DNA of 21,793 bases from Bacteriovoracaceae bacterium (GCA_041586955.1 JBFGZE010000059.1:1-21793); one strand, 5' to 3'. Counted from the stretch's first letter, positions 1 to 8,915 are shown. Numbers and translations: made by a program. Notes: generated from the sequence alone by a model not told the origin.

Positions 1-359
1 AGGGGTTGCTCTAGGTCAAAGTTTAGGCCACATAATTCTTTGACTTTTTCAAAGCTGAGAATTCGTTCATTTTTTTTGAGATTAAGATTTAGATAATCTT
101 TGCCATTTATGGGAAAGGAAAAATTAAGGGTTTTCCGTTGCGGAATATAGCTAATGACATGGTTGTCTGGGAAGTTAATAGTACCAGATTGGGGCGTTAA
201 AAGTCCTAATAATAATTTCATGAAGGTGGTCTTGCCGCCACCGTTGGGGCCAATAATTCCTAGGAAGCTTCCTTGAGGAATTTTTGTTGATATATCTTTG
301 ATGATGAAATCGTGGCCATCATAGGAAAATGAAAGATTGCTAATGACAATGTCACTCAT
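1..359 (-). CDS. znuC: Metal (Zn/Mn) ABC transporter ATP-binding protein, ZnuC-like; C-terminal part runs off the window
   Basis: Not in the ORF track; translated by hand from ATG at 359: MSDIVISNLSFSYDGHDFIIKDISTKIPQGSFLGIIGPNGGGKTTFMKLLLGLLTPQSGTI...ISYIPQRKTLNFSFPING. Has Walker A GPNGGGKT and Q-loop YIPQ. Start overlaps the upstream gene's stop (ATGA, 356-359). Frame is open to base 1. Confidence 0.85.
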   Translation of the reverse strand, partial: MSDIVISNLSFSYDGHDFIIKDISTKIPQGSFLGIIGPNGGGKTTFMKLLLGLLTPQSGTINFPDNHVISYIPQRKTLNFSFPINGKDYLNLNLKKNERILSFEKVKELCGLNFDLEQP

Positions 360-1159
360 CTTTTAAGACCTTCCCATTGTTTTATAAAGTCCAAAAGAAC
401 CTTCTGTGGCCGCGCGGGGTGGCCCCCTTGTGGATTAATTGTGATTTGAGGAAAGTTTTTTAATTGAATTTTAAGATTATCAGGAATGGGGTTGCCTATT
501 TCGTTAATAACCACCATGGCAGTCTTGCTCTGCAAAGAGCGGTAGATCGATTTTAAAGCATTGGGGTCTAGTTCTCCCTCATGATGATCATTGAGGACTA
601 ATGTTTTAAGTTTAAGTTCTTTTAAAAGTGGTAATAGGGCATCATGAGTAAGAACAAAGAGATGATCTTGCCATTTCGACGCTAGAGTTTTGAGGGAGGC
701 CCATTGCTGTTTACTATCACATGATATTGGCCCAGACGAATGACAAAGAGTTTTCTCCATCATTTTTTGCATTTCGCATAATCGACTCGGGTGTAGCCAA
801 AAATGCTCGAAGGGCCTACCTTTTTCTTGCTCGCTCGGAAATTCAAAAGTGGTTTGATTCAATTGTTTTCTCTGTTCTTTAATGCCTTTAAGCCAAGGTG
901 CTAAATGAGAATGAGGTAAAATAAGGTTGGGCATGGAGAGAATCAATTTGATTTGCTTAGGACTTAATTCCATATGATGGGGGTCGATATTATGATCAGG
1001 AGTCATCTCTTTGAGAGTAAAGTTTAAAGGTCGACATTTCTTAAGGGCCACGAGAGCGTTATTGCACCATTGAGGGTGAATACAGGAATAGGCGGTCCTG
1101 GCACTATATATACTTGAAATATAAAGGAAAAAGAGAGTTATTAGGGGTGCTATTTTCAT
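356..1159 (-). CDS. znuA: Metal ABC transporter substrate-binding protein (ZnuA/TroA, cluster A-I)
   Basis: Signal peptide MKIAPLITLFFLYISSIYS. Metal-ligand motifs DPHHMELSP, HFWLHP and THDAL. Translationally coupled to the ABC ATPase. Start 1159 preferred over 1174 because of the signal peptide and promoter geometry. Metal specificity not determinable. Confidence 0.78.
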   Translation of the reverse strand: MKIAPLITLFFLYISSIYSARTAYSCIHPQWCNNALVALKKCRPLNFTLKEMTPDHNIDPHHMELSPKQIKLILSMPNLILPHSHLAPWLKGIKEQRKQLNQTTFEFPSEQEKGRPFEHFWLHPSRLCEMQKMMEKTLCHSSGPISCDSKQQWASLKTLASKWQDHLFVLTHDALLPLLKELKLKTLVLNDHHEGELDPNALKSIYRSLQSKTAMVVINEIGNPIPDNLKIQLKNFPQITINPQGGHPARPQKVLLDFIKQWEGLKR

Positions 1160-1165
1160 GCGCTC

Positions 1166-1194
1166 ATGAAACATGATGCGACATGATTAGTCAA
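1166..1194 (-). promoter_or_regulatory. Candidate sigma70 promoter for znuA (leaderless geometry)
   Basis: TTGACT (1194-1189) - 17 bp - TTTCAT (1171-1166) - 6 bp - ATG (1159). Strong -35, weak -10. Confidence 0.4.
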
Positions 1195-1203
1195 GCCAAA
1201 GGC

Positions 1204-4200
1204 CTATTCACAGTAATAATGATGATCCCAGCGAGCGCCCTGGACAAAAGGTGCATAACCGGTGCCATTATTAGCATCATTGTCGAAGATAGAGTCGACG
1301 ATACTATAGAATTTACTGTCCTCAATGCTGCCTTGCTGGACGAAGGTACCATTATTGGGTTCGGCGATGAAATAGCCAAAAGCAGAGCCCTTTCGCACTG
1401 ATCCTGATTCGCAATACTCTTCGCCCAGAGTGCGAATTTTATTATAAACGCCACTGCTCATTTTAGGCTCACCTGTTTCTGGAATAAAGTCAGCATCAAG
1501 AAGGCCACCAAGAGGGAGGTCTTCTCCCATGCCTTCGCCGGAAACAAATTTATTGAAATAAACATGGAGGTCAACTCCATCTGGCAGTAGACAAATATTT
1601 TTGCCATTTTTACTGGCCATATGGCCAGAGCAACATTTACTCGCGCCGACCGTTTCATGGCCAAGGGGAACACAACACATAAATTCATGACCGCTAAATA
1701 TCGCAGGTAGAGCAACATCATCTTGATAAACGACTTGTGGTGGAATAATGGCCGCACCAAAGTCATTATTGGAAATATCATCACCTGTATTAGTGTTATC
1801 GTAAATTTCGCTTAACTCTTTGGAGTTCACTAAATTGCTATAGTCAAAGGCCGCAGCTTCAAAAGCGGTTCGTGTGTCTGCCGGTAAATCGAAAATACCC
1901 GGGACTAATTGAGAGCGATCTGAGTTGCAATAAATGGGCTCGTAAATGATTTGTGGTATACCTAATAATTCTAAACGCGATAATTTAGTTAAATAATACA
2001 AGTCATTGCCTGGAACCATACCATTGCGGGTTGTATCAACGGCACCATTGGTACAAGCGCCTGCTGTCGCTAAATCTCCATAACAATAAGTTGAATTATT
2101 TTGAACGTTATAGGTGATGGTTACACCAGCGTATGCCCAGGGTTTAGCTGCGATCAAAAGGGTAGAATCTACGCGCATATGAAAAATGTCTGCATTGCCT
2201 GTGGCAGCATCGTTTTCAATACACCATTGGTCGGCTGCCAATTCACCGTTGGGGTTTTGTGGCGAGTCCGTGCCCTCAATATCACATCCGGGGACTTCTG
2301 TGTAAACGATGGCCGGGGCCGGAACTAATTCATTGCCGGCATTATCAAAATAGCGCACCGAGACGGCAGTAATATTCTCACGGCCACCAATATAGATTGG
2401 TAGGTAGAGACTGATTGCGTGATGATTGTATTCCCCGGCAATAGTTTGATTTTTAAAATAATTATAAGGTTTACCGGCATCTCCTGTGTCGCCAATATAA
2501 TCGACATTTTTAAAAGGGCGTGGCATATAAGGCACGTCGACACTTAAGGTTTGCAATAAACTACCTCCGCTAAGAGGGTTGGTGGTAGGAGATGTATCTA
2601 ATGTTGCTGTGGTACTTGGTAAATTAGTCGGATTGGTAATGGTATATCCCGATGGACCAATGAAAGGTTTTTGAACACAGCCCCCATCAGCTGGGGATAG
2701 GCAGAGTCGATCAAAATCCTTGGCATAATTGTCGGCATCGACTGAGACTGGATTGTTAATGGGGTAGTCTGCCTGGTAGTTGAGGCAAGTAAAGCTACTA
2801 GGGTTCAAAGAAAGTCTATTTTTATTCTTCCAATTATTCGTACCATCAGCGAATTTTCGAATCCAACCACCGCCACAACATGATTTACTGCCAGTGTCGT
2901 TGATTGTTTTCCATTGGAATTGGCGTGGAACAGTATTTTGTTCAACGATGGGAGATTGAGCATATGGTGTGGTACTAAACGGGCCATCTTGTGGTTGGGC
3001 GACAACATAACGAGAATAGCGCCCTGTTGCTGACGGTCCGTCATAAGGGAAGAGGTCTACATCAAGGCCTGTGTTATTGAGGTTATCGGGAATAATGCTA
3101 TTGTCGTCCTGAGTGAACATGGTCATATTTTGGCCAACTTCCCGGCAGCAGCGATTAAGAGTCAGGTCGTAGTCAAAATAATCACTATCCTGAAGCGCCG
3201 GTTTGGCCTGCGCCTGGGAGCAAATCATATTTTCTTGCCAATAATATTTTTCGGCATCGGTACCACCAAAATAGGTATTGCTGAAAAAATTGGCCTTATC
3301 GCTATGAAGGATATTGGGCTGGCAATCGAGATCCGTGTGGCAATAGGAACCAGGTCTTCTATAACAAGCATCTTGGGCCAAAGAAGGATCGCTAATATTA
3401 ATAATTGAAGAGAGTCGTTCTAATTCAATTAATTTAAAAGTATTTTCGGTACTGCTGCTAATTACTCGTTGAGACTCTTGACCGCAAGCATTTTGTTGGT
3501 GGCGTTCTATAATATTTGTCGCCGAAAGAATATAATCGCCTTTTTCCTCGGTTTGATTTTCTTCCATTTCAAAAAGTGGGCATGTGACAACTCGCGAGGA
3601 ACCGGTGGCAGTAGAGTCACAAGAACTTATTTGATTGATATAATCTACGCGTTTACTACTATCGCGGTCTCGGTGTTGTTCGATTAGGGTTGAAGTGAGC
3701 CGCTTACCCGGCATACAAAGGCCAAAGTCAGTGGTGTCGGTGGCGAAAATACTGGCGTTATAGCGAATATTAGATACCGTTTCGTTGGTTAAGTTATTAC
3801 CGGCACCAACATAGGTTTTAGGCCGTCCAAGAACTTGTGATCCTTGGCCAAAAAGAAAAGCATCAAAGGGAGCCGGTTCCCGTGAGATACTATCATTAAA
3901 ACGACCGGCATCAGCATCCTCACAATAATAATTAGGCGCGCAGGCGAATTGCTTTTGGTCATTGGCAGAAAGTGTCGTGTAATCGCGTTTACAAGGAGCT
4001 CCCTTGCCGCGGTAAACACATCTCTTGTTGGAGCCTGATGGTATATTGCCAAAAATAATGTCATTATAGCGGGCCTCACTGATTTCTTCATTGGCGATTT
4101 CTGCCCCGTAAATATCAAATTTGGGCCACCGGCTGCGGTACTCGCTGGTATCAAGGCAAGTATATTCCCATCCTAATTTGGCCACACAATCTGAGTCAAC

Positions 4201-6285
4201 CTTGCATTGATGCCAATGTTGGCAAGTCGCACCTTGGTTTTGGGAGGCGTCACCATAATCTAAACTAGGGTTAAAATCGTAATCGAGATTGGGATTACCA
4301 CCCACATCAGCGACAATACTAACAACATGATCAGTGGGGTCGGCGAGGTCGGCATAAGCGGCATTAACCGCTAAGAATAGTTTATTAGAGGTTGCCCTTA
4401 CGCGACGACCTTGGCCGATTGCAAACCAGCGAACTCCGTCGAAGGAGCCGATAAGGGCACCTTTATTAAATCCAAACCAATCTCGTTGGTAACCGTTGAC
4501 CCACATACTGGCCTGGGTGGTGAGACGGTTTCGTCTCTGGGTATTGATATCCGAGTTTTTCTGGTGAGAAAAGGGTAGCATGGTGGGTGGCAGCCAGCAG
4601 GCGCGACCAAAGATTGTGTCTTCATAATTTCCGCGGTTGGTATTTAGCTCCATTGCCTGACGGTTAGTGGAATATCCTTTCGCCACAAGTCCATATCCCA
4701 TAGTGCTTGAGGGAAAGGCGCTAAATGTGGCAAACCATGAGTCTGCACGGCAAGTAGGGCATGGTGTATAGGTGCCACTTGTAGCACGAATAATATAAGT
4801 TTCATCATAATTGACATTAATCATTTTGGCGGGCAAAGCGCGGTTTAATTCAGTTGAAAATTGGCCTAGGATAGCATTCATACTAAAGGCGCCTTGAACC
4901 GGTTCTGTTTTATTGGACTCATCAAGATAATAAAAGGGGGTCCCTTCTGGTTCGATTGCCTGGCCAGCAATGGTACTCATATCATCAACACTGCTGCCAT
5001 CTGTCGCTTTAAAAAAGCGATGAGGCGCTGAGCGACTAGGAACACCTGTATTGAGAGAGGTAAAGGGTGTTGGCTCAGGTATTGCTGGGGGAATATCACA
5101 GATGACATCAATAATGGAACCTGAGGTATTGGTGATAGTTTTAAGGCCAAAATCAGGACAAATAGGATCTGCCGGGTCTGTGGGAAAGGGTGTCGCTTGA
5201 CAGCCACACAACGCCCAAACTTCTTGTTGGATGGTATCATGGGCGGTTTGATCTTTCGTGGGAAGACAAACATTGGCGGTGGCGTAATCCGGAGTTGTTT
5301 TTTTACCTTCCTCTAAACAATAATATTTTTCCAATAAGTCTAAGAGACGGGCATCAGCGGTGGCCTGAAGATCAGGTGCCGCCGTTGGAGTGGGAGTTAC
5401 GGGGATATTGGTGCCACAGACAAAATAAATATTAGGCCATTTGACAAAGGCAGCGGGGTTGGCACTGACCTCGGCCAGGGCCTGGGTGTAATCAGGATCA
5501 CTACTTGCAGTTGCTTTAATCGCACTATCATTAGCACATTGACCTTCTAAGCAGCAATCAAAGCCCTTTGCCTGGCAAGAACTATTCGTACATTGGGAAA
5601 TAGGTGTCGTTGAATTACTTTGGAGGTCCACTCTAATCGAAAGCGCCGAGAGGTTCAAAGATTCTTGGGGGACGAAATCATTAATCGTTAGCGCACCAGA
5701 ATTATACTGATAAAGTGAAATAAAAGTGGAGACTGCTTTGCCCGTACAAGTCGTACATAATTCGGTTGGCGCATAGGCCGCATTGGCCGAGTTGACAGTT
5801 CCTAGAATTAATCCGCTACTACTAAGTTGATTGGTCGTACCAGAACAAGTATTGGTATTAGCGGTTTTCTCTGGAATATCGACACGCATTAGCCATTCTT
5901 CAGAATTAGTGGAAAAGTTTTTAATTTTAATGGGGACGATGCGCGCCCGCATTTGTTGCTTGGCCCCAGGCATATTTTGATCCATGACTAAGCAATAGGT
6001 ATTGGCATAATTAGAATTTTGGGTAAGAAAATGATGGACTGACGAACCGCGCAGGTAAACGACAGTTTGTGTGTCCTCATTAATGGTAATTTGACCTTCG
6101 ACTGTTTGCCCTTGAGCATACCAAAAAATGTCGCTGGTAAATTCGGGAGCGGTATTATCCTCATTGCCGGGACTTGCCTCTTTGATGCCTTGAGAGTTTC
6201 GTCTTTTGGTATTAGGGGACTGGGGAACGCAAGATCCTAAGATCCATATCAAGATTAAAAATAGTATCGTTGATGAGCTTTTCAT
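1204..6285 (-). CDS. Giant cysteine-rich lipoprotein (1693 aa), function unknown; putative surface adhesin
   Basis: Long ORF with lipoprotein signal MKSSSTILFLILIWILGS-C (lipobox LGSC). About 55 Cys by hand count, including five CC doublets. Pro/Thr linkers (PVTPTPTAAP). GGGA upstream of ATG. Confidence 0.85.
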   Translation of the reverse strand: MKSSSTILFLILIWILGSCVPQSPNTKRRNSQGIKEASPGNEDNTAPEFTSDIFWYAQGQTVEGQITINEDTQTVVYLRGSSVHHFLTQNSNYANTYCLVMDQNMPGAKQQMRARIVPIKIKNFSTNSEEWLMRVDIPEKTANTNTCSGTTNQLSSSGLILGTVNSANAAYAPTELCTTCTGKAVSTFISLYQYNSGALTINDFVPQESLNLSALSIRVDLQSNSTTPISQCTNSSCQAKGFDCCLEGQCANDSAIKATASSDPDYTQALAEVSANPAAFVKWPNIYFVCGTNIPVTPTPTAAPDLQATADARLLDLLEKYYCLEEGKKTTPDYATANVCLPTKDQTAHDTIQQEVWALCGCQATPFPTDPADPICPDFGLKTITNTSGSIIDVICDIPPAIPEPTPFTSLNTGVPSRSAPHRFFKATDGSSVDDMSTIAGQAIEPEGTPFYYLDESNKTEPVQGAFSMNAILGQFSTELNRALPAKMINVNYDETYIIRATSGTYTPCPTCRADSWFATFSAFPSSTMGYGLVAKGYSTNRQAMELNTNRGNYEDTIFGRACWLPPTMLPFSHQKNSDINTQRRNRLTTQASMWVNGYQRDWFGFNKGALIGSFDGVRWFAIGQGRRVRATSNKLFLAVNAAYADLADPTDHVVSIVADVGGNPNLDYDFNPSLDYGDASQNQGATCQHWHQCKVDSDCVAKLGWEYTCLDTSEYRSRWPKFDIYGAEIANEEISEARYNDIIFGNIPSGSNKRCVYRGKGAPCKRDYTTLSANDQKQFACAPNYYCEDADAGRFNDSISREPAPFDAFLFGQGSQVLGRPKTYVGAGNNLTNETVSNIRYNASIFATDTTDFGLCMPGKRLTSTLIEQHRDRDSSKRVDYINQISSCDSTATGSSRVVTCPLFEMEENQTEEKGDYILSATNIIERHQQNACGQESQRVISSSTENTFKLIELERLSSIINISDPSLAQDACYRRPGSYCHTDLDCQPNILHSDKANFFSNTYFGGTDAEKYYWQENMICSQAQAKPALQDSDYFDYDLTLNRCCREVGQNMTMFTQDDNSIIPDNLNNTGLDVDLFPYDGPSATGRYSRYVVAQPQDGPFSTTPYAQSPIVEQNTVPRQFQWKTINDTGSKSCCGGGWIRKFADGTNNWKNKNRLSLNPSSFTCLNYQADYPINNPVSVDADNYAKDFDRLCLSPADGGCVQKPFIGPSGYTITNPTNLPSTTATLDTSPTTNPLSGGSLLQTLSVDVPYMPRPFKNVDYIGDTGDAGKPYNYFKNQTIAGEYNHHAISLYLPIYIGGRENITAVSVRYFDNAGNELVPAPAIVYTEVPGCDIEGTDSPQNPNGELAADQWCIENDAATGNADIFHMRVDSTLLIAAKPWAYAGVTITYNVQNNSTYCYGDLATAGACTNGAVDTTRNGMVPGNDLYYLTKLSRLELLGIPQIIYEPIYCNSDRSQLVPGIFDLPADTRTAFEAAAFDYSNLVNSKELSEIYDNTNTGDDISNNDFGAAIIPPQVVYQDDVALPAIFSGHEFMCCVPLGHETVGASKCCSGHMASKNGKNICLLPDGVDLHVYFNKFVSGEGMGEDLPLGGLLDADFIPETGEPKMSSGVYNKIRTLGEEYCESGSVRKGSAFGYFIAEPNNGTFVQQGSIEDSKFYSIVDSIFDNDANNGTGYAPFVQGARWDHHYYCE

Positions 6286-6339
6286 TGTCCCAAATTACCA
6301 ATATCAATCAAGGCCTTAATAACCTAGAGGTCAACTTTC

Positions 6340-6367
6340 TTGTCGTCAGGTAGGGCCTTAATGTTTA
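6340..6367 (-). promoter_or_regulatory. Candidate sigma28 (FliA)-type promoter upstream of the giant lipoprotein
   Basis: TAAA (6367-6364) - 16 bp - GACGACAA (6347-6340), against consensus TAAA-N15/16-GCCGATAA; two mismatches in the -10. Confidence 0.3.
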
Positions 6368-6582
6368 AAAAATAAGCACTTATCTATTTTATAGCGGAAA
6401 ATGCTTCCTCATCATTCATAAATGCGATTCTTTAGTTGTTTATTTGGTTTTTGAGATTGGGCTCCCTTATTTAAATATGTTAGATGAAAAGTCGGGCCTA
6501 TTTATTGACGTGAGCTTTTGGAAAATGATGCTGAATTGATGGGAAATATGCCCATTATTTAGGGCATTTAATCCCAGTTGAA

Positions 6583-8721
6583 CTATTGGGTTATTGGTGA
6601 AGTTGAGAAAGGTGCGTTTCCGCCAAAATCAAAACCCTGGCCAGCTGTCGAGAAGGTCGTGGGCGAATGGCCTGGGTCAAATTGATAATATTGATCTGCC
6701 CCACCAAAATATTGTCCCGAAGAATTGAGATTCGCCAAATACCATCTACTGTGTTGATACCATAAGGCCTTTTGGTAATGGGCCATCCATGAATTGCGAC
6801 TTTTTTGGTAAAGGCCATATTGACGTTTTAATTCGATATCTTTTCTCATATTCCCATTTTGAAGAATAAAAGGGACACTGCCTAAAAGGGCAGAGGCCAC
6901 TCCTTTAGCGGGCCTTACCCATTTTGATGAATCTTTTTTAAAAGCGTGCTCCACCTCACCATCTTCATCGTAAATAATATCGTAGTTTTGGCGATTGGGA
7001 CCGCCTTTTGTTCGGCCTGCCCGTTTTTTATAAACGCTGCGCTCACGCGCAATGATTGCTTGTTTGCGAATATCGGTACACATTCGTAGGTATTTTTGGT
7101 CAAAGGTGTTGCGATCCATTGATTTGGCCAAGTCATGACAATTATCTTTCATATTATCAAGGTCACCGGCCTTTTCTCGGTTAATAGTATGATTGCTAAT
7201 TTTTTTCAAATCACCGATAAAGCGGGTCAGGCCGACCTCTTTGGAGGCAGGTTTTTGGCGACAAAAATTTTCCACTATCTGGTGCGCGTAGGAATCCTCA
7301 TTTGTGCATTGGTCAAAATATTGATTGAGGGCCAATTGGAGCAATTGATTGGCGTTTTGGTAATCCTTGGATTGTTTGACTTTGCGTATACGGGCCTCAA
7401 GTCCCAATCGTTGGGCCTCTAAAGTTTTAATACGATCATCCATTAACTTGGCCTTATCGTTGCGAAATGCCTTCGCAATTTCTGCCAAATCTTCAGCTTC
7501 ATATTGAGCAGTCTTCTTATTTTTAAATTTTAACAATGGCGGAAGATTAGGGTGATTTGATAATAATGATTTGACGGTGTCATTAATCTGTTTAATTCTT
7601 TCGTTAAGAGAAAGTTGACTTTTTTTCTGTTGGCGCTCGAAGTATTCATTGCGTGAATTGGTAGGAAGGTGAGTATTAAACTTAAGAAGGGAAGAGATGG
7701 CGGCCTCTCTTTTTATATCCATTGTGGCGGCAATCTTTTCAGCATTTGTTTTTTGGTGATTGGGCAACTTACGTCTGATATGATCGACATCTAATTCTTT
7801 GATATGAGAACTGGTATAATTCCATTTTGATTGCATGGACGATAATTCTTCAAGATCACTCAGATCTAGGCCTAGGCCCTTATTCAGGTTTTGAGCGTAG
7901 GCACTCACCTGGGTTTGATAGGCCTTTTTCTTTTTGCGACAATCAATACTATCGGCCTTACCTTCTACTGCCTGACTTTGAATGCAGAGACGGATTCCGG
8001 CAAAAAGATTTTTTATTTTTTGTTCAGGGCCATTTGTCGTTTCATGAAAGACCGACTCTGGTACGCCTGACTTTAAAATACTAAGATATTTCTCGACGGC
8101 GTTACCACGATGCCAATTATTCCAAAACTTTGAAAGGGCATTTCCCTTTTGTTTGGGATGCTCATGATGGGCATAATGATAGGCCTTGAGAAAACTTGTC
8201 ACCAATTGATGGTGGGGTGCTTTAGTATCATTGATTCCTTGGCAAAGTGCATTTTTGTTTTTGCCAAGGCATTTACTTTGAAAATTCTTAATGACATCAG
8301 AAAAAGGGAGTGGTTGACCGTCCTTATCTTTAAATTGATTGCGATCGACTTTGAGTTCTTCTAGCAAATGATTAAGGGCCCGCATTCCCGGGACAATTTT
8401 TTGTGCTTTGGTAAAAAATTGATTGGCCTTTTCAAAATCGGCCAATTCTTTTTGACGGCCACTTCGAAGTGCGGCAATCATGGTATGATAATCGTCGTTT
8501 ATTTTTTTGAGACCCTGGAGGATTTTAATTTGGGCCGTTAGCTGATCATGTTCTTTCTCTAAAGTGGCCAAGCGATCACCTGTGCCATTAAATTGGGTTT
8601 GAGTGCGGTGATCATTAAGGTTTAAGGCCCTGGTTCGGAGAGTGGAACAGTTCTGGCCCTCACTTTTAGCAAAGGCATTCAGACTTAAAAATAGAATTAT
8701 TAAACCCATCATCATTTTCAT
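6583..8721 (-). CDS. Secreted hypothetical protein, helical/coiled-coil with scattered Cys (712 aa)
   Basis: Signal peptide MMMGLIILFLSLNAFA. Heptad-like segments LATLEKEHDQLTAQIKILQGL and IKTLEAQRLGLEARIRKV. Aromatic/Gly-rich tail. True start may be ATG 8715 or 8712. Confidence 0.8.
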   Translation of the reverse strand: MKMMMGLIILFLSLNAFAKSEGQNCSTLRTRALNLNDHRTQTQFNGTGDRLATLEKEHDQLTAQIKILQGLKKINDDYHTMIAALRSGRQKELADFEKANQFFTKAQKIVPGMRALNHLLEELKVDRNQFKDKDGQPLPFSDVIKNFQSKCLGKNKNALCQGINDTKAPHHQLVTSFLKAYHYAHHEHPKQKGNALSKFWNNWHRGNAVEKYLSILKSGVPESVFHETTNGPEQKIKNLFAGIRLCIQSQAVEGKADSIDCRKKKKAYQTQVSAYAQNLNKGLGLDLSDLEELSSMQSKWNYTSSHIKELDVDHIRRKLPNHQKTNAEKIAATMDIKREAAISSLLKFNTHLPTNSRNEYFERQQKKSQLSLNERIKQINDTVKSLLSNHPNLPPLLKFKNKKTAQYEAEDLAEIAKAFRNDKAKLMDDRIKTLEAQRLGLEARIRKVKQSKDYQNANQLLQLALNQYFDQCTNEDSYAHQIVENFCRQKPASKEVGLTRFIGDLKKISNHTINREKAGDLDNMKDNCHDLAKSMDRNTFDQKYLRMCTDIRKQAIIARERSVYKKRAGRTKGGPNRQNYDIIYDEDGEVEHAFKKDSSKWVRPAKGVASALLGSVPFILQNGNMRKDIELKRQYGLYQKSRNSWMAHYQKALWYQHSRWYLANLNSSGQYFGGADQYYQFDPGHSPTTFSTAGQGFDFGGNAPFSTSPITQ

Positions 8722-8741
8722 TATAACACTCTCGACTGAAA

Positions 8742-8769
8742 TTATCGGTTATCATTATTGAAATATTTA
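8742..8769 (-). promoter_or_regulatory. Candidate sigma28 (FliA)-type promoter upstream of the 712-aa gene
   Basis: TAAA (8769-8766) - 16 bp - ACCGATAA (8749-8742); one mismatch to GCCGATAA. Confidence 0.4.
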
Positions 8770-8915
8770 GCTAATTTATATAAGTGATTGAATATTCATC
8801 GCTTTATTTTCAATTGAAAGATAGAAATGGCCATTGAGTGGTTGGCACCTAGTAAGGGCCCACATTAGAATTTATTGAAAAAACCTTCAAATAATACTGA
8901 TGGTGATTTAAGTTC

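Noticed and set aside
6541..6575. Hairpin ATGCCC-N8-GGGCAT downstream of the 712-aa gene as a terminator
   Set aside because: Short, imperfect stem with no convincing U-tract on the minus strand; not supportable as a feature.
1183..8364. Numerous short alternative-frame and antisense ORFs inside the 1693-aa and 712-aa genes
   Set aside because: They lie almost entirely within long genes, have no SD or recognisable motifs, and are expected shadow ORFs.
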